This document shows, piece by piece, positions 50,343 through 59,275 of a stretch of 64,000 bases of DNA. The stretch's first letter is position 1. Each line of letters begins with the position of its first letter. Made by a program: the position numbers and the translations under genes. The notes below the pieces were generated by a model. The model was not told where the DNA came from, did no database searches, and saw nothing but the letters and a program-made list of their open reading frames with translations. The stretch covers positions 355 through 64,354 of the forward strand of contig DASWTZ010000004.1 in the NCBI GenBank assembly GCA_036401875.1, read 5' to 3'. The stretch is from Gallionella sp. (GTDB taxonomy: Bacteria; Pseudomonadota; Gammaproteobacteria; Burkholderiales; Gallionellaceae).

Positions 50343-51650
50343 TTACGACAGCTTGAGCTCGGGCTTCGGTGCAGCCGGTGCCACCGGTGCGGCAGGAGCC
50401 GGTTTGAACGCACCCGTCGCTGTCCCGGGAGGCATCGCCTTGAACGCGCCGGTCGCCTCAGCGGCCTTCTGCTTGGCCTCCTCCATCTCGTGCTGGCCGT
50501 CGAACGACAGTCCCGCCGACTGGCTGCCCGCCTCGCCGCCCAACTCCTCCTGCCTGAAGCGGGGGCTCTCCAGCTTCAAACGCAGCATCAGGTCGCCCTT
50601 CGCGTCGGCGTTGATCTGGAGTTCGCTCAGCGCGATCGAGCCCTCGTTGTACAGCTCGAACAGGCACTGGTCAAAGGTCTTCATGCCCTGTTCGGTGGAT
50701 TTCTTCATGATCTCCTTCAGCCCGCCGGTCTCGCCCTTGGCGATGGCGTCGCGTGAGGATGCCGTGCTCAGCAGGATCTCGATCGCCGCCGCGCGGCCGC
50801 CCTCGATCTTGCGCACCAGCCGCTGCGAAATGATCGCACGCATGTTGAGCGACAGGTCGCTAAGCACCTGCTCGTGCTTCTCGATCGGGAAGAAATTCAC
50901 GATGCGGTCGATCGCCTGGTTCGCGCTGTTCGCGTGCAGCGTCGCCATGCACAGGTGGCCGGTCTCGGCGAAGTTCAGCGCGTATTCCATGGTCTCATGG
51001 TCGCGGATCTCGCCGATCAGAATCACGTCCGGCGCCTGGCGCAGTGTGTCCTTCAGCGCGTCGAACCAGCCCACCGTGTCGATACCCACCTCGCGGTGAG
51101 TGATGATGCAGTTGATGTGGTTGTGCACGTATTCGACCGGGTCCTCGATGCTGATGATGTGGCCGTGCGACTCCTTGTTGCGCACGCCCAGCATCGCGGC
51201 CAGCGTCGTCGATTTACCCGAACCGGTACCGCCCACCAGCAGCACCAGACCGCGTTTTTCCATTACCACGTTCTTCAGAACGGGGGGCAGCTTCATCTTG
51301 TCGAAATCGGGAATCTCGGTGGTGATCACGCGGATCACCATGCCGGTGCGCTGCTGCTGCGTGAAGATGTTGATACGGAAACGGCCGATGCCCTCTGGGG
51401 AGATCGCGAAGTTGCAGCCCTTGGTCTCGTTGTAATGGGCCCACTGCTTGTCCGACGAGATCGAGTGCGCCATCTTGCGCGTCTGCTCGCCGGTCAGCGG
51501 CGTCTCGTTCAGCTTGGTAAGCTTGCCATTCAGCTTGACCGATGGCGGAAAGCCGGCCGTGATGAACAGGTCGGAGCCTTTCATGCTTAGCATCGCCTGC
51601 AACATCTTGTGCAGAATATTCTGGTACTGCAGTTTTTCTTGTTCTTCCAT
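50343..51650 (-). CDS. pilU: PilT/PilU-family type IV pilus ATPase (PilU-like)
   Basis: GGTGSGKST, IEDPVEY, LRQAPDVILIGEIRD and ETGHLCMATLHANSANQ motifs. Extended Ala/Pro C-terminal tail. Confidence 0.85.
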   Translation of the reverse strand: MEEQEKLQYQNILHKMLQAMLSMKGSDLFITAGFPPSVKLNGKLTKLNETPLTGEQTRKMAHSISSDKQWAHYNETKGCNFAISPEGIGRFRINIFTQQQRTGMVIRVITTEIPDFDKMKLPPVLKNVVMEKRGLVLLVGGTGSGKSTTLAAMLGVRNKESHGHIISIEDPVEYVHNHINCIITHREVGIDTVGWFDALKDTLRQAPDVILIGEIRDHETMEYALNFAETGHLCMATLHANSANQAIDRIVNFFPIEKHEQVLSDLSLNMRAIISQRLVRKIEGGRAAAIEILLSTASSRDAIAKGETGGLKEIMKKSTEQGMKTFDQCLFELYNEGSIALSELQINADAKGDLMLRLKLESPRFRQEELGGEAGSQSAGLSFDGQHEMEEAKQKAAEATGAFKAMPPGTATGAFKPAPAAPVAPAAPKPELKLS

Positions 51651-51924
51651 CGCCCAACCTCGTCTGAATTATCTGTCCGGTGTGTGCTGCTGCGGCGAGA
51701 ATTATATCAGCCGGGGTTAGCGCGGAAACCGGCAGTTGACGAACGGCCGAGCTGGGTGATTGGCTACCCTTCAGGCATTGAGAGGTTGAATTCCTGTACC
51801 GCACCCCTGGGCGAGGCTCAAGGTCCGCTGTATCGGGAACAGCCGGGCATAAGCCGCTGGCGGCGGGAATCGAGGTGAAATTCAACGACCAGTCAAAAAA
51901 CGATATTTTTGGCATTCGAAAAAT

Positions 51925-51953
51925 AGCGACGGGGGCGTCACGCCCCCGTCGCT
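51925..51953 (-). terminator. Intrinsic terminator of the large lipoprotein gene
   Basis: agcgacgggggcg-tca-cgcccccgtcgct 13-bp stem, followed by attttt on the minus strand. Confidence 0.8.
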
Positions 51954-51968
51954 CCATCCGGTTTCCTG

Positions 51969-54080
51969 CTACTTGAAACTGATCCCCCAGGAACGGTACG
52001 CGCCTGTCTGCCCGGAAATGTTGCCGTACTGGTTGTCCAGGATGCTCAGCGTCCAGATGCCATTCGCATTCATTCCACTAAGCGCATGCAGCGGAAGGCG
52101 GGGACGGAACACGCCGTAGTAGGGCTCGCTCGCGAATGGCGATCCGCCATCCGCGCCGTCGAGCTGCATCGGCGCATAGTCGTTCAACTGCGTGCCGAGG
52201 AAGCCCGTCCCACCTATCGAGGTATTCAGGATATTCGGCTCCACCAGCGGCACGACGGTGCCATCGGGCGCGATGAGGCTGATCGTGAGTTGAGTCGCGT
52301 AACCGTGGGTAATGAAGAACTCCAGCGTCACGTCCGAGATCGAGGTTACCGTGCTACCGTTTACCGTGATCGGGATGAGCAACGGCGATACCGGGTTGTT
52401 GGTCGGCCCCGGGTCTGGAATGGCAGTGCCGGCGAGCGTCGTCGTGCCGCTCGTGTCCGTGTACGTCGCGTTCGCCGAGAGCTGGAACGCTGGTTTCACG
52501 TCGAGCGAATAGAGCGCGCCCACATACTGGTTCCAGATGTTCGAGATCGCGCCGACACGAATGTTGATCGCTCCGCCCGTTCCCGAGCTTAACGAGCAGG
52601 TAGCGGTGGTGTCCGAAGTGGCGGAGCAGTCGATCACCGCAGAACTGGTCGCCCAGGCGGAGAACCCAGCGGTTCCGGTCAGGTTCTGGAGGAAGACCTG
52701 GTAGTTGGTATTCGGGGTGAGGCCGGTCACGATGTAGTTGCTGTAAAGGTAGTTGAGCAGACCCGAGTAAGTCTGGTTGACCTGACCGCTGTACGGTAGC
52801 TGCGCGGTGGTGAGCGCAACTGCGGTCGGGTTCCCCTCGGCAACTGGTACTGGCGACACCGTCAGGTTATAGGTCATGCCGCTGTACTGGGTCGGGCCGA
52901 CTACAGTGAAGTAAAGATCAGCGCCGGTCGCCGCAACCGTGCACTGAAGGGTACTTTGCGCCGATGCCGTCGCCGCGCAGGCCGTGGTCGTGGTGAAACT
53001 CGAATCGATACCGTAAGGCTGAATGGTGGGCGGATCATAGGTGGTGCTCGGAATCGAGCGACCGATGTTGGCGATACTCACCAGGTAATTCGTCCCCGCA
53101 GCAAGCCCCGTTACATGATAGTAACTCGTACCCGCCGTAGCCACTCGTCCTGCCGCCGTGGCCTTGCCGCCCACGTAAGCGAGCGTGACGGGCGCCGCCT
53201 TGCTACCTTCGGAATCGAGCGCATTTTCGACGCGCAGGATGTAGGCCGAGCCGGCAGTTCCTGAAGTGTTGGAGACCGCGAATGAGATCTTGGTATCGGT
53301 CGCGATCCAAGTGCAGCTTTCCGGATTCTGGAAACCGTTGATCCAAGAATTGTCCGGAGCACACAGCCCACCGACGCGAGTGTGCGCCACCGGATCGAGC
53401 GGGTTCAGCCAGGCGTCGGTGGTCATGCTCTGCAGCCAAAAGGTGTACTGCTTCCCGACCGTGAGTCCCTGGATCGTGTAATAGCTGTTATAGGTATCCG
53501 TCTTGCCAACGTGCGGCATCGTGCCCGCGACACTCATGTCGAGCACCGTCGGCGTGGTCCAGGTTCCTTCAAACTGTGTCGGCGCGCTGACATGCGTCAC
53601 ATCGATTCCGATGCTAGAGTCATAGAAGTACGAAGAATTCCAGATACGGATAAAGATATCCGTGCCCGGCGCTTCCAGGATGCACAGCCCCGTACCCACG
53701 TTCGGATCGCACTTGATCTGCGTTATGTAAGCGTCGCTGTAATAGGTAATCTGCGGATAGTTGGTCGCCGTTACATTGAAGGCATAGCGATGCCCCGCAG
53801 TGAGCCCCGTAATCAGGTAATAGCCGTTGGAACGGGACGCCACGATCCCCGTAAACGGCAGGGATGCGGTACCAAAAGTGAACGTGACCGGCGTTATCGT
53901 GGTAGTGCCCGTGGTAGTGCCCGTGGTAGTGCCCGTGGTAGTGCCCGTGGTAGTGCCTGTGGTAGTGGTACTGCTGCCACCACCGCCTCCGCAGGCGGCC
54001 AGCATCAGCGACAGCGCCAGTGGCACACAAATCCAAATCAATGATCGGATCCCCAGTAAATCCCCTCCCCTTGTTTGCAT
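51969..54080 (-). CDS. Large surface lipoprotein: four repeated beta modules plus C-terminal proprotein-convertase P-domain
   Basis: Lipobox LAAC-GGGGG, (TTTG)n linker, four Y-x-[IV]-x-GL-x(5)-Y modules each with a Cys pair, and P-domain motifs (ITH...LTISLIAPDG...NANGIWTLSILD). Confidence 0.75.
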   Translation of the reverse strand: MQTRGGDLLGIRSLIWICVPLALSLMLAACGGGGGSSTTTTGTTTGTTTGTTTGTTTGTTTITPVTFTFGTASLPFTGIVASRSNGYYLITGLTAGHRYAFNVTATNYPQITYYSDAYITQIKCDPNVGTGLCILEAPGTDIFIRIWNSSYFYDSSIGIDVTHVSAPTQFEGTWTTPTVLDMSVAGTMPHVGKTDTYNSYYTIQGLTVGKQYTFWLQSMTTDAWLNPLDPVAHTRVGGLCAPDNSWINGFQNPESCTWIATDTKISFAVSNTSGTAGSAYILRVENALDSEGSKAAPVTLAYVGGKATAAGRVATAGTSYYHVTGLAAGTNYLVSIANIGRSIPSTTYDPPTIQPYGIDSSFTTTTACAATASAQSTLQCTVAATGADLYFTVVGPTQYSGMTYNLTVSPVPVAEGNPTAVALTTAQLPYSGQVNQTYSGLLNYLYSNYIVTGLTPNTNYQVFLQNLTGTAGFSAWATSSAVIDCSATSDTTATCSLSSGTGGAINIRVGAISNIWNQYVGALYSLDVKPAFQLSANATYTDTSGTTTLAGTAIPDPGPTNNPVSPLLIPITVNGSTVTSISDVTLEFFITHGYATQLTISLIAPDGTVVPLVEPNILNTSIGGTGFLGTQLNDYAPMQLDGADGGSPFASEPYYGVFRPRLPLHALSGMNANGIWTLSILDNQYGNISGQTGAYRSWGISFK
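53899..53970. repeat. 12-bp tandem repeat (gtggtagtgccc) encoding a TTTG linker
   Basis: Four perfect copies, one single-mismatch copy and one partial copy. Confidence 0.92.
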
Positions 54081-54119
54081 ATTTTTTTCCTTATTTGTAG
54101 TGACAGCATCCTTCAAAGG

Positions 54120-54166
54120 ATTAGAACAGGTTAAAAAGCCATCTACAACTGTCAATGTTTACAGTA
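54120..54166 (-). promoter_or_regulatory. lux-box-like site abutting a sigma70 promoter for the lipoprotein gene
   Basis: aaCTGtcaatgtttaCAGta (54147-54166) fits NNCTG-N10-CAGNN. On the minus strand, -35 TTGTAG (54148-54143), 17-bp spacer, -10 TCTAAT (54125-54120). Confidence 0.65.
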
Positions 54167-54307
54167 AGCAAACAAGGGACTGATTAACTCAGCGGCAATG
54201 CAAATAGGCTGTCAGATGAAATGGTAATATTCCGATGCCCGCGGTAACGGAGGTTGGCGACAGGCAGCGTGTAAAGTTGCATCGCTGACATTTAATTTGG
54301 GTTCGAC

Positions 54308-55018
54308 ATGAATACTTGGCAAGAAGACCAGTTACAGGCACTCCAGTCATCGAAGTGTGAACACAGCCTGTTTCAGTCAATAGTTGGGCTGGCATGCTGC
54401 CTTGATTTCGACTTCTGCGCCTATGGCATACGCATGCCGCTTCCAATTTCCGCACCCGCAGTGGTCATGTACAACAATTATCCCTCCGCATGGCAAACGG
54501 AATATCGGCAAAAAAATTATCTTGCGATTGACCCGACAGTCAAGCACGCCGAACGCTCGCAGGAGCCCATAGTATGGTCGACGCAGACTTTTATCGACTC
54601 CCCGGACCTATGGGATGATGCCCAGGCCATCGGTTTGCGGGTAGGCTGGGCTCAGCCCAGCAGGGGTGCGAATCATGCTATCGGATTATTGAGTCTCGCC
54701 CGCTCCGCTGAAGACTTGAGCATTACCGAAATCAGAAACAAGCAATTTAAGCTCGCATGGCTTGCCCAAACTTGTCATATAGGGATGTCTAAACTTCTCG
54801 CCCCGAAGTATCTTCCAGGCGTCGATCTCAAATTGTCGAGTCGCGAGATCGACGTACTAAGATGGTCAGCAGAAGGCAAAACTGCAAGCGAAGTTGCAAA
54901 CATCCTCAGAATCTCTGAACGAACCGTAAACTTTCATGCATCCAACGCGATTTCAAAGCTCGGGGTTGCGAACAAGATGGCTGCATGCATTCATGCGGCT
55001 CTTCTCGGTATCCTTTAA
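54308..55018 (+). CDS. LuxR-family AHL-type transcriptional regulator (LuxR solo)
   Basis: Autoinducer-binding motif YPSAWQTEY...YLAIDPTV...PIVW...GLRVG and HTH LSSREIDVLRWSAEGKT...ISERTVNFH. No luxI in the window. Confidence 0.92.
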   Translation: MNTWQEDQLQALQSSKCEHSLFQSIVGLACCLDFDFCAYGIRMPLPISAPAVVMYNNYPSAWQTEYRQKNYLAIDPTVKHAERSQEPIVWSTQTFIDSPDLWDDAQAIGLRVGWAQPSRGANHAIGLLSLARSAEDLSITEIRNKQFKLAWLAQTCHIGMSKLLAPKYLPGVDLKLSSREIDVLRWSAEGKTASEVANILRISERTVNFHASNAISKLGVANKMAACIHAALLGIL

Positions 55019-55151
55019 ATCATCCACGAACAACAATTAAGCGGACTGCATTTGCCGATCCGCCTCAGCCTCAAGCGCATTGAATCTTTCGGGGAATTCG
55101 CATACATTCGCAAAACCTGACTGATTTAGTCATAGGTTCCAAGGGGGGACT

Positions 55152-55511
55152 GTGATCGAACCGGCAAGCCTTGCAAACTTCTTCACGATCTTTTTCTCGT
55201 CGGCAATGGTGATCATGCTCGGCGCGCTCTACGCGCTGCTGTTCGCCTATTCGCGGGTCCGGAAATCCCCCCGGCTGATGCCGCTGGCCTACGGTGCCTA
55301 TGTCGGCCTGTTCGCCGCCACCCTCATCCTCGCCGACGCCGCCAACCTGCTCAAGCAGCCGCTGTGGCAGGCCGTCGTCCTGCTGATGCTGGCCGGCTAC
55401 CTGCTCGCGCCGCACGCGATCTGGCACCTGTGCGTGGGCACCCATGCCGACGTGCATCATCCCCAATCCGCAACGCCTGCAACACCCGCAGCAAAAGAGT
55501 CTTCAACGTAA
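55152..55511 (+). CDS. Small membrane protein upstream of norC
   Basis: Three hydrophobic segments and a His-rich C-terminus. Co-directional with norCB. Confidence 0.65.
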   Translation: MIEPASLANFFTIFFSSAMVIMLGALYALLFAYSRVRKSPRLMPLAYGAYVGLFAATLILADAANLLKQPLWQAVVLLMLAGYLLAPHAIWHLCVGTHADVHHPQSATPATPAAKESST

Positions 55512-55535
55512 CTGATAACAGGGAGGGAGAAAACC

Positions 55536-56129
55536 ATGGCAACAAACCAGTGGTGGGCATCCGAATCTTTTTGGCGCAAGACGGCCATCTGGGTAACGGG
55601 TGGTTCATTTATCGTGCTGATCCTGCTTACCTTCGACACGCTGCCGCAGATCTCGGCAGGCTCCAAGCGCGTGCCGGCCTATTCAACCATCAACCACCGC
55701 ATCGACTACGTGTACAACGATGCGCGAAAGGTGCAGGAGCCGGTGATCGGCGCGAAGCAGCCGCTGTTCGGCAAGGAGCTGACCGAGGCGGAAGCCGAGG
55801 CGCTGGTGACGCGCGGCAAGCTGACGCTGCAGGCGAAGAACTGCGTCAACTGCCACACGGTGCTGGGCAACGGCGCCTACTACGCGCCCGACCTGACCAA
55901 GGCCTGGCTGGACCCCTACTGGGGCGACACCGCCTCGCGCGAGCAGACCATGGTCGATTTCATCAAAGACCCGTCCGACAAACTGCACAACACCTCGGGA
56001 CGGCGCATGCCCAGTCTGGGCGTTACCGACGACGAGGCCCGCGCAGTGGTGGCCTTCCTGAAGTGGATGTCTGCGATCGACACCAACGGCTTCCCGTATA
56101 ACTTCAAACCGATGCAACAGGAGAATTGA
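55536..56129 (+). CDS. norC: Nitric oxide reductase cytochrome c subunit
   Basis: N-terminal TM, heme motif CVNCH followed by GAYYAPDLT, axial RRMP, terminal IDTNGFP. Confidence 0.9.
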   Translation: MATNQWWASESFWRKTAIWVTGGSFIVLILLTFDTLPQISAGSKRVPAYSTINHRIDYVYNDARKVQEPVIGAKQPLFGKELTEAEAEALVTRGKLTLQAKNCVNCHTVLGNGAYYAPDLTKAWLDPYWGDTASREQTMVDFIKDPSDKLHNTSGRRMPSLGVTDDEARAVVAFLKWMSAIDTNGFPYNFKPMQQEN

Positions 56130-56131
56130 TC

Positions 56132-57577
56132 ATGGCGACGATAGGACAACTGGATAGCGCCAACCTGAACGGCGGGCAAAAACTGGCGGTGAAGTATTTC
56201 ATCGTCGCGATGGTGTTGTTCGGCGCGCAGGTGCTGTTCGGCCTGCTGGCCGGCCTGCAATACCTCAAGCCGGATTTCCTCTACGAAGTCCTCGACTTCA
56301 ACGTCAACCGCATGGTGCACATCAACGCGATGGTCGTGTGGCTGCTGTACGGCTTTCTCGGCTCAGTGTACTGGATGCTGGAAGATGAGGCGCAGCACCC
56401 GGTGGTCGGCCTCAAGCTCGGCAACCTGGTGTTCTGGGTGCTGACCTCGGCGGTCACGGTCGTCGTGCTGGTGTACCTGTTCGTGCAGGTCGGCCCGGGC
56501 GAACACTCGACGATCTGGCTGATCAACGAGGGGCGCGAGTACATCGAGGCGCCGCGCTGGGCAGACATCGGCATCGTCGTCAGCGTGCTGACGTTCTTCT
56601 ACAACGTCGCCGCCACCTTCTCGAAGGGTCGCTACACCGGCATCGCCGGCGTGCTGGTGCTCGACCTGCTGGCGCTGTTCGGCATCTACCTCGCCGGCAT
56701 GTTCTACACCACCAACGTCTCGATTGACCAGTACTGGTGGTGGTGGGTCATCCACCTGTGGGTGGAAGCCACCTGGGAGGTGATGGTCGCCTGCATCATG
56801 GCCTACGGACTGATCCAGGTGCTGGGCGTGCGCCGCAAGATCGTCGAGACCTGGCTGTACATCGAGGTCGCGCTGATGTTCGGCTCCGGCATCCTCGGCC
56901 TCGGCCACCACTACTTCTGGATCGGCACACCAGAATACTGGTTCACCATCGGCGGCTTCTTCTCGGCGCTGGAGCCCATCCCGCTGGTCGCGATGGTGGT
57001 ACACGCGATCTTCGATGCCGGCGTGAACAAGATCAAGAACTCCAACCACCCGGCGATGGCCTGGCTGATCGCCCACGCGTTCGGCAACTTCTTCGGCGCG
57101 GGCGTATGGGGCTTCATGCACACGCTGCCGCAGATCAACCTGTACACCCACGGCACGCAGTGGTCCGCCTCGCACGGCCACCTGGCCTTTTTCGGCGCCT
57201 ACGCCACCATCGTCATCGCCGTGTTCTACCTCGCCGCGCAGCAGTGGCGCGGCAAGGTGTGGATGGCCGGCGACCTGCCCGGCAACGGCTGGAAGTGGAA
57301 GTGGTCGCTGGCCCTGCTCAACATCGGCATGGTCGGCATGACCGTCGCGCTGCTGATCTCCGGTTACGAGCAGTCGCAGATCGAACGCGCGATCGAAGGC
57401 TCCACCTGGAGCGGCTACTTCCTCGCCCAGGAACACCCGTGGTTCGTCCAGGGCATGTGGTGGCGTGAAGTGTTCGGCACACTGTTCGCCGCCGGCTACG
57501 TGCTGCTGTTGTGGGACCTGCTGACGATAGGCAGGAATGAGAAACGCGCCATGCTGCCGGCCGTGCCGCACGCGTAA
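56132..57577 (+). CDS. norB: Nitric oxide reductase large subunit (cNOR)
   Basis: RMVHIN, GREYIE, WWVIHLWVEATWE, GHHY and SHGH ligand motifs. Confidence 0.92.
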   Translation: MATIGQLDSANLNGGQKLAVKYFIVAMVLFGAQVLFGLLAGLQYLKPDFLYEVLDFNVNRMVHINAMVVWLLYGFLGSVYWMLEDEAQHPVVGLKLGNLVFWVLTSAVTVVVLVYLFVQVGPGEHSTIWLINEGREYIEAPRWADIGIVVSVLTFFYNVAATFSKGRYTGIAGVLVLDLLALFGIYLAGMFYTTNVSIDQYWWWWVIHLWVEATWEVMVACIMAYGLIQVLGVRRKIVETWLYIEVALMFGSGILGLGHHYFWIGTPEYWFTIGGFFSALEPIPLVAMVVHAIFDAGVNKIKNSNHPAMAWLIAHAFGNFFGAGVWGFMHTLPQINLYTHGTQWSASHGHLAFFGAYATIVIAVFYLAAQQWRGKVWMAGDLPGNGWKWKWSLALLNIGMVGMTVALLISGYEQSQIERAIEGSTWSGYFLAQEHPWFVQGMWWREVFGTLFAAGYVLLLWDLLTIGRNEKRAMLPAVPHA

Positions 57578-57593
57578 CAAGCGGCATCAACGC

Positions 57594-57628
57594 AAAGCCC
57601 GCCCGGATTCACTCGGGCGGGCTTTTTT
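57594..57628 (+). terminator. Intrinsic terminator after norB
   Basis: aaagcccgcccg-gattcact-cgggcgggctttttt. Confidence 0.88.
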
Positions 57629-57664
57629 CAATCGAATCTTACCGACGATCCTCAAAACTCGGTA

Positions 57665-57779
57665 AGGTGACGTGCGAATATCACCAGCATCACGTACCCG
57701 CAACTAGCTTGCTTCCATTCCAGGTTACGCCTCTCAAAGTATTACCAGCTGTAACTGATACTCTCAGACTCCATCTGAT
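57665..57779 (-). pseudogene. Degraded fragment of a BNR/Ycf48-like beta-propeller repeat gene
   Basis: The minus strand reads IRWSLRVSVTAGNTLRGVTWNGSKLVA, then after a frameshift VRDAGDIRTSP. The stretch is AT-rich. Confidence 0.45.
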
Positions 57780-59116
57780 TAAATCAGCAGTATTTTCTCA
57801 CCCACCAATTTCGCCAATATCCTCACGATCTCTTCGAACAGCGGCCGCTCGGCCACGCTCGTCGACCCGCATTGCCGCTGCAATTCCCACATCCGGTCCA
57901 ATAGCTCGCCGGAAGCCGGTTCGCATCGCTCCAGTAGCTCTTCCAGCAGGCAGGCGTAGGCGCGCACCTCGATGCGCTGCAGCGCCAACGCCTGGTGCGG
58001 ATCACCTTGCGGGACGAACGAGGCCGCGCCGAAATCGCCTAGCAGGCAGCCACCGCGCCCGTCCCACAGGATGTTGTGCGCGTACAGGTCGCCGTGCAGG
58101 ATGCCCCGCGCGTGCATCTGCGCCGCCGCCGAGGCGATGCCCCGCGCGATCGACAGCGCGGTGTCCGTCGTGAATCGCGTGTTCTCCGGGTAGATGTCGC
58201 GCGTGCAGGATGCCAGGCTGGGGGGCTCTGCCAGGTTGACGAATTCCGGCGCGACCAGCGACAGCACCAGCCCCCTGGCGTCGTCGGGATGCGCGCTGAC
58301 CCGGCCGGCGACCGGGATCAGGTTGGGATGATCGCCGGCGGCGATGCATGCCGCCTTTTCGCTGCGCGGCAGGCCGTCGCTGGTCACTGCGCCCTTGAAC
58401 AGTTTGACGGCGACCTGTTCCTGACCCCCATCCCTGTTCCGCACGGCCCGGTAGATCACGCCCGACGCCCCCTCGCCCAGCCTGTGCTGCAATTCGAGTT
58501 CGTTCCAGTCTATCGGGGCGATGGCCTGCTGTGCCAGCGCGGCGGCTTCGAACGCGTCGGTGCACGGGTTGCCGGCGTAGGCCAGCCACGCGAGGCGCGG
58601 CAGCGTGTACAGCCAGTCGGGGAGCCCCTCGAAGCGGTTGGCCGAGATGCGCAGCAGCTCCAGCTTATCGAGCGCCGCCAACTCCTCGGGCAGGCGCTCC
58701 AGCCGGTTGCCCGCCAGCATCAGCTTCTGCAATCGGCTGCGCTGCCCGAGTTCGGTGGGCAGCGCGGTCAGCCGGTTGTCGGTGAGGATCAGCCAGCGCA
58801 GCCGCTCGGGCAGCGCGGCGGCTGGCAGGTGGGCGATGCGGTTGGCCTTGAAGCCGACCATGTCCAGTTGCGGGCAGTCGCCCAGCACCTCGGGCACATG
58901 GGTGAACCGGTTGTCCGAGCAGAAGATCACCCGCAGGCGGTGCAGCCGGGGCAGGTCGTACGGCAGCGAGGCCAGCGCGTTCCCGGAGAGGTTGAGTATC
59001 TCCAGCGAGTCGGCCAGATCGTAGATCTCCTCGGGGAAATGCTTCAGCCCGCACGACAGATCCAGCCGCGTGCTTCCCGCCAGTTTGCCGCTGCGCAGCG
59101 CCGCCAGTGTTTCCAT
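57779..59116 (-). CDS. Leucine-rich-repeat + protein kinase-like domain protein
   Basis: About 7 LRRs (LEILNLSGNAL, LQKLMLAGNRL) and kinase motifs LGEGASG, VAVKLFK, HGDLYAHNIL, DFG. Confidence 0.88.
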   Translation of the reverse strand: METLAALRSGKLAGSTRLDLSCGLKHFPEEIYDLADSLEILNLSGNALASLPYDLPRLHRLRVIFCSDNRFTHVPEVLGDCPQLDMVGFKANRIAHLPAAALPERLRWLILTDNRLTALPTELGQRSRLQKLMLAGNRLERLPEELAALDKLELLRISANRFEGLPDWLYTLPRLAWLAYAGNPCTDAFEAAALAQQAIAPIDWNELELQHRLGEGASGVIYRAVRNRDGGQEQVAVKLFKGAVTSDGLPRSEKAACIAAGDHPNLIPVAGRVSAHPDDARGLVLSLVAPEFVNLAEPPSLASCTRDIYPENTRFTTDTALSIARGIASAAAQMHARGILHGDLYAHNILWDGRGGCLLGDFGAASFVPQGDPHQALALQRIEVRAYACLLEELLERCEPASGELLDRMWELQRQCGSTSVAERPLFEEIVRILAKLVGEKILLI

Positions 59117-59275
59117 GTCGCTTCCGTCCTGTTCACCCACGAAGGGGCGGATTATCCACGTATAGCGGGCTCATGTCCGGCAAATCTTGCAGGCGCCGCA
59201 ACCGTCCGTCGGATGGCTTTTCCGGCAGTTGGCCGCGCCTTGACGTTGACTTTCATCCCCCTCACACTCCGGCAC

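Noticed and set aside
51651-51920. 270-bp gap upstream of pilU, considered as 6S RNA or another ncRNA
   Set aside because: No convincing long rod structure or family motif. Only a TATAAT (minus strand, 51701-51706) is evident.
53899-53970. Tandem repeat considered as a CRISPR array
   Set aside because: 12-bp units with no spacers, inside a coding linker, and no cas genes.
58076-59275. N-terminal 400 aa of the listed 1192-aa ORF
   Set aside because: It is the antisense shadow of the LRR-kinase gene. Recognisable CheW sequence begins only at ATG 59276.
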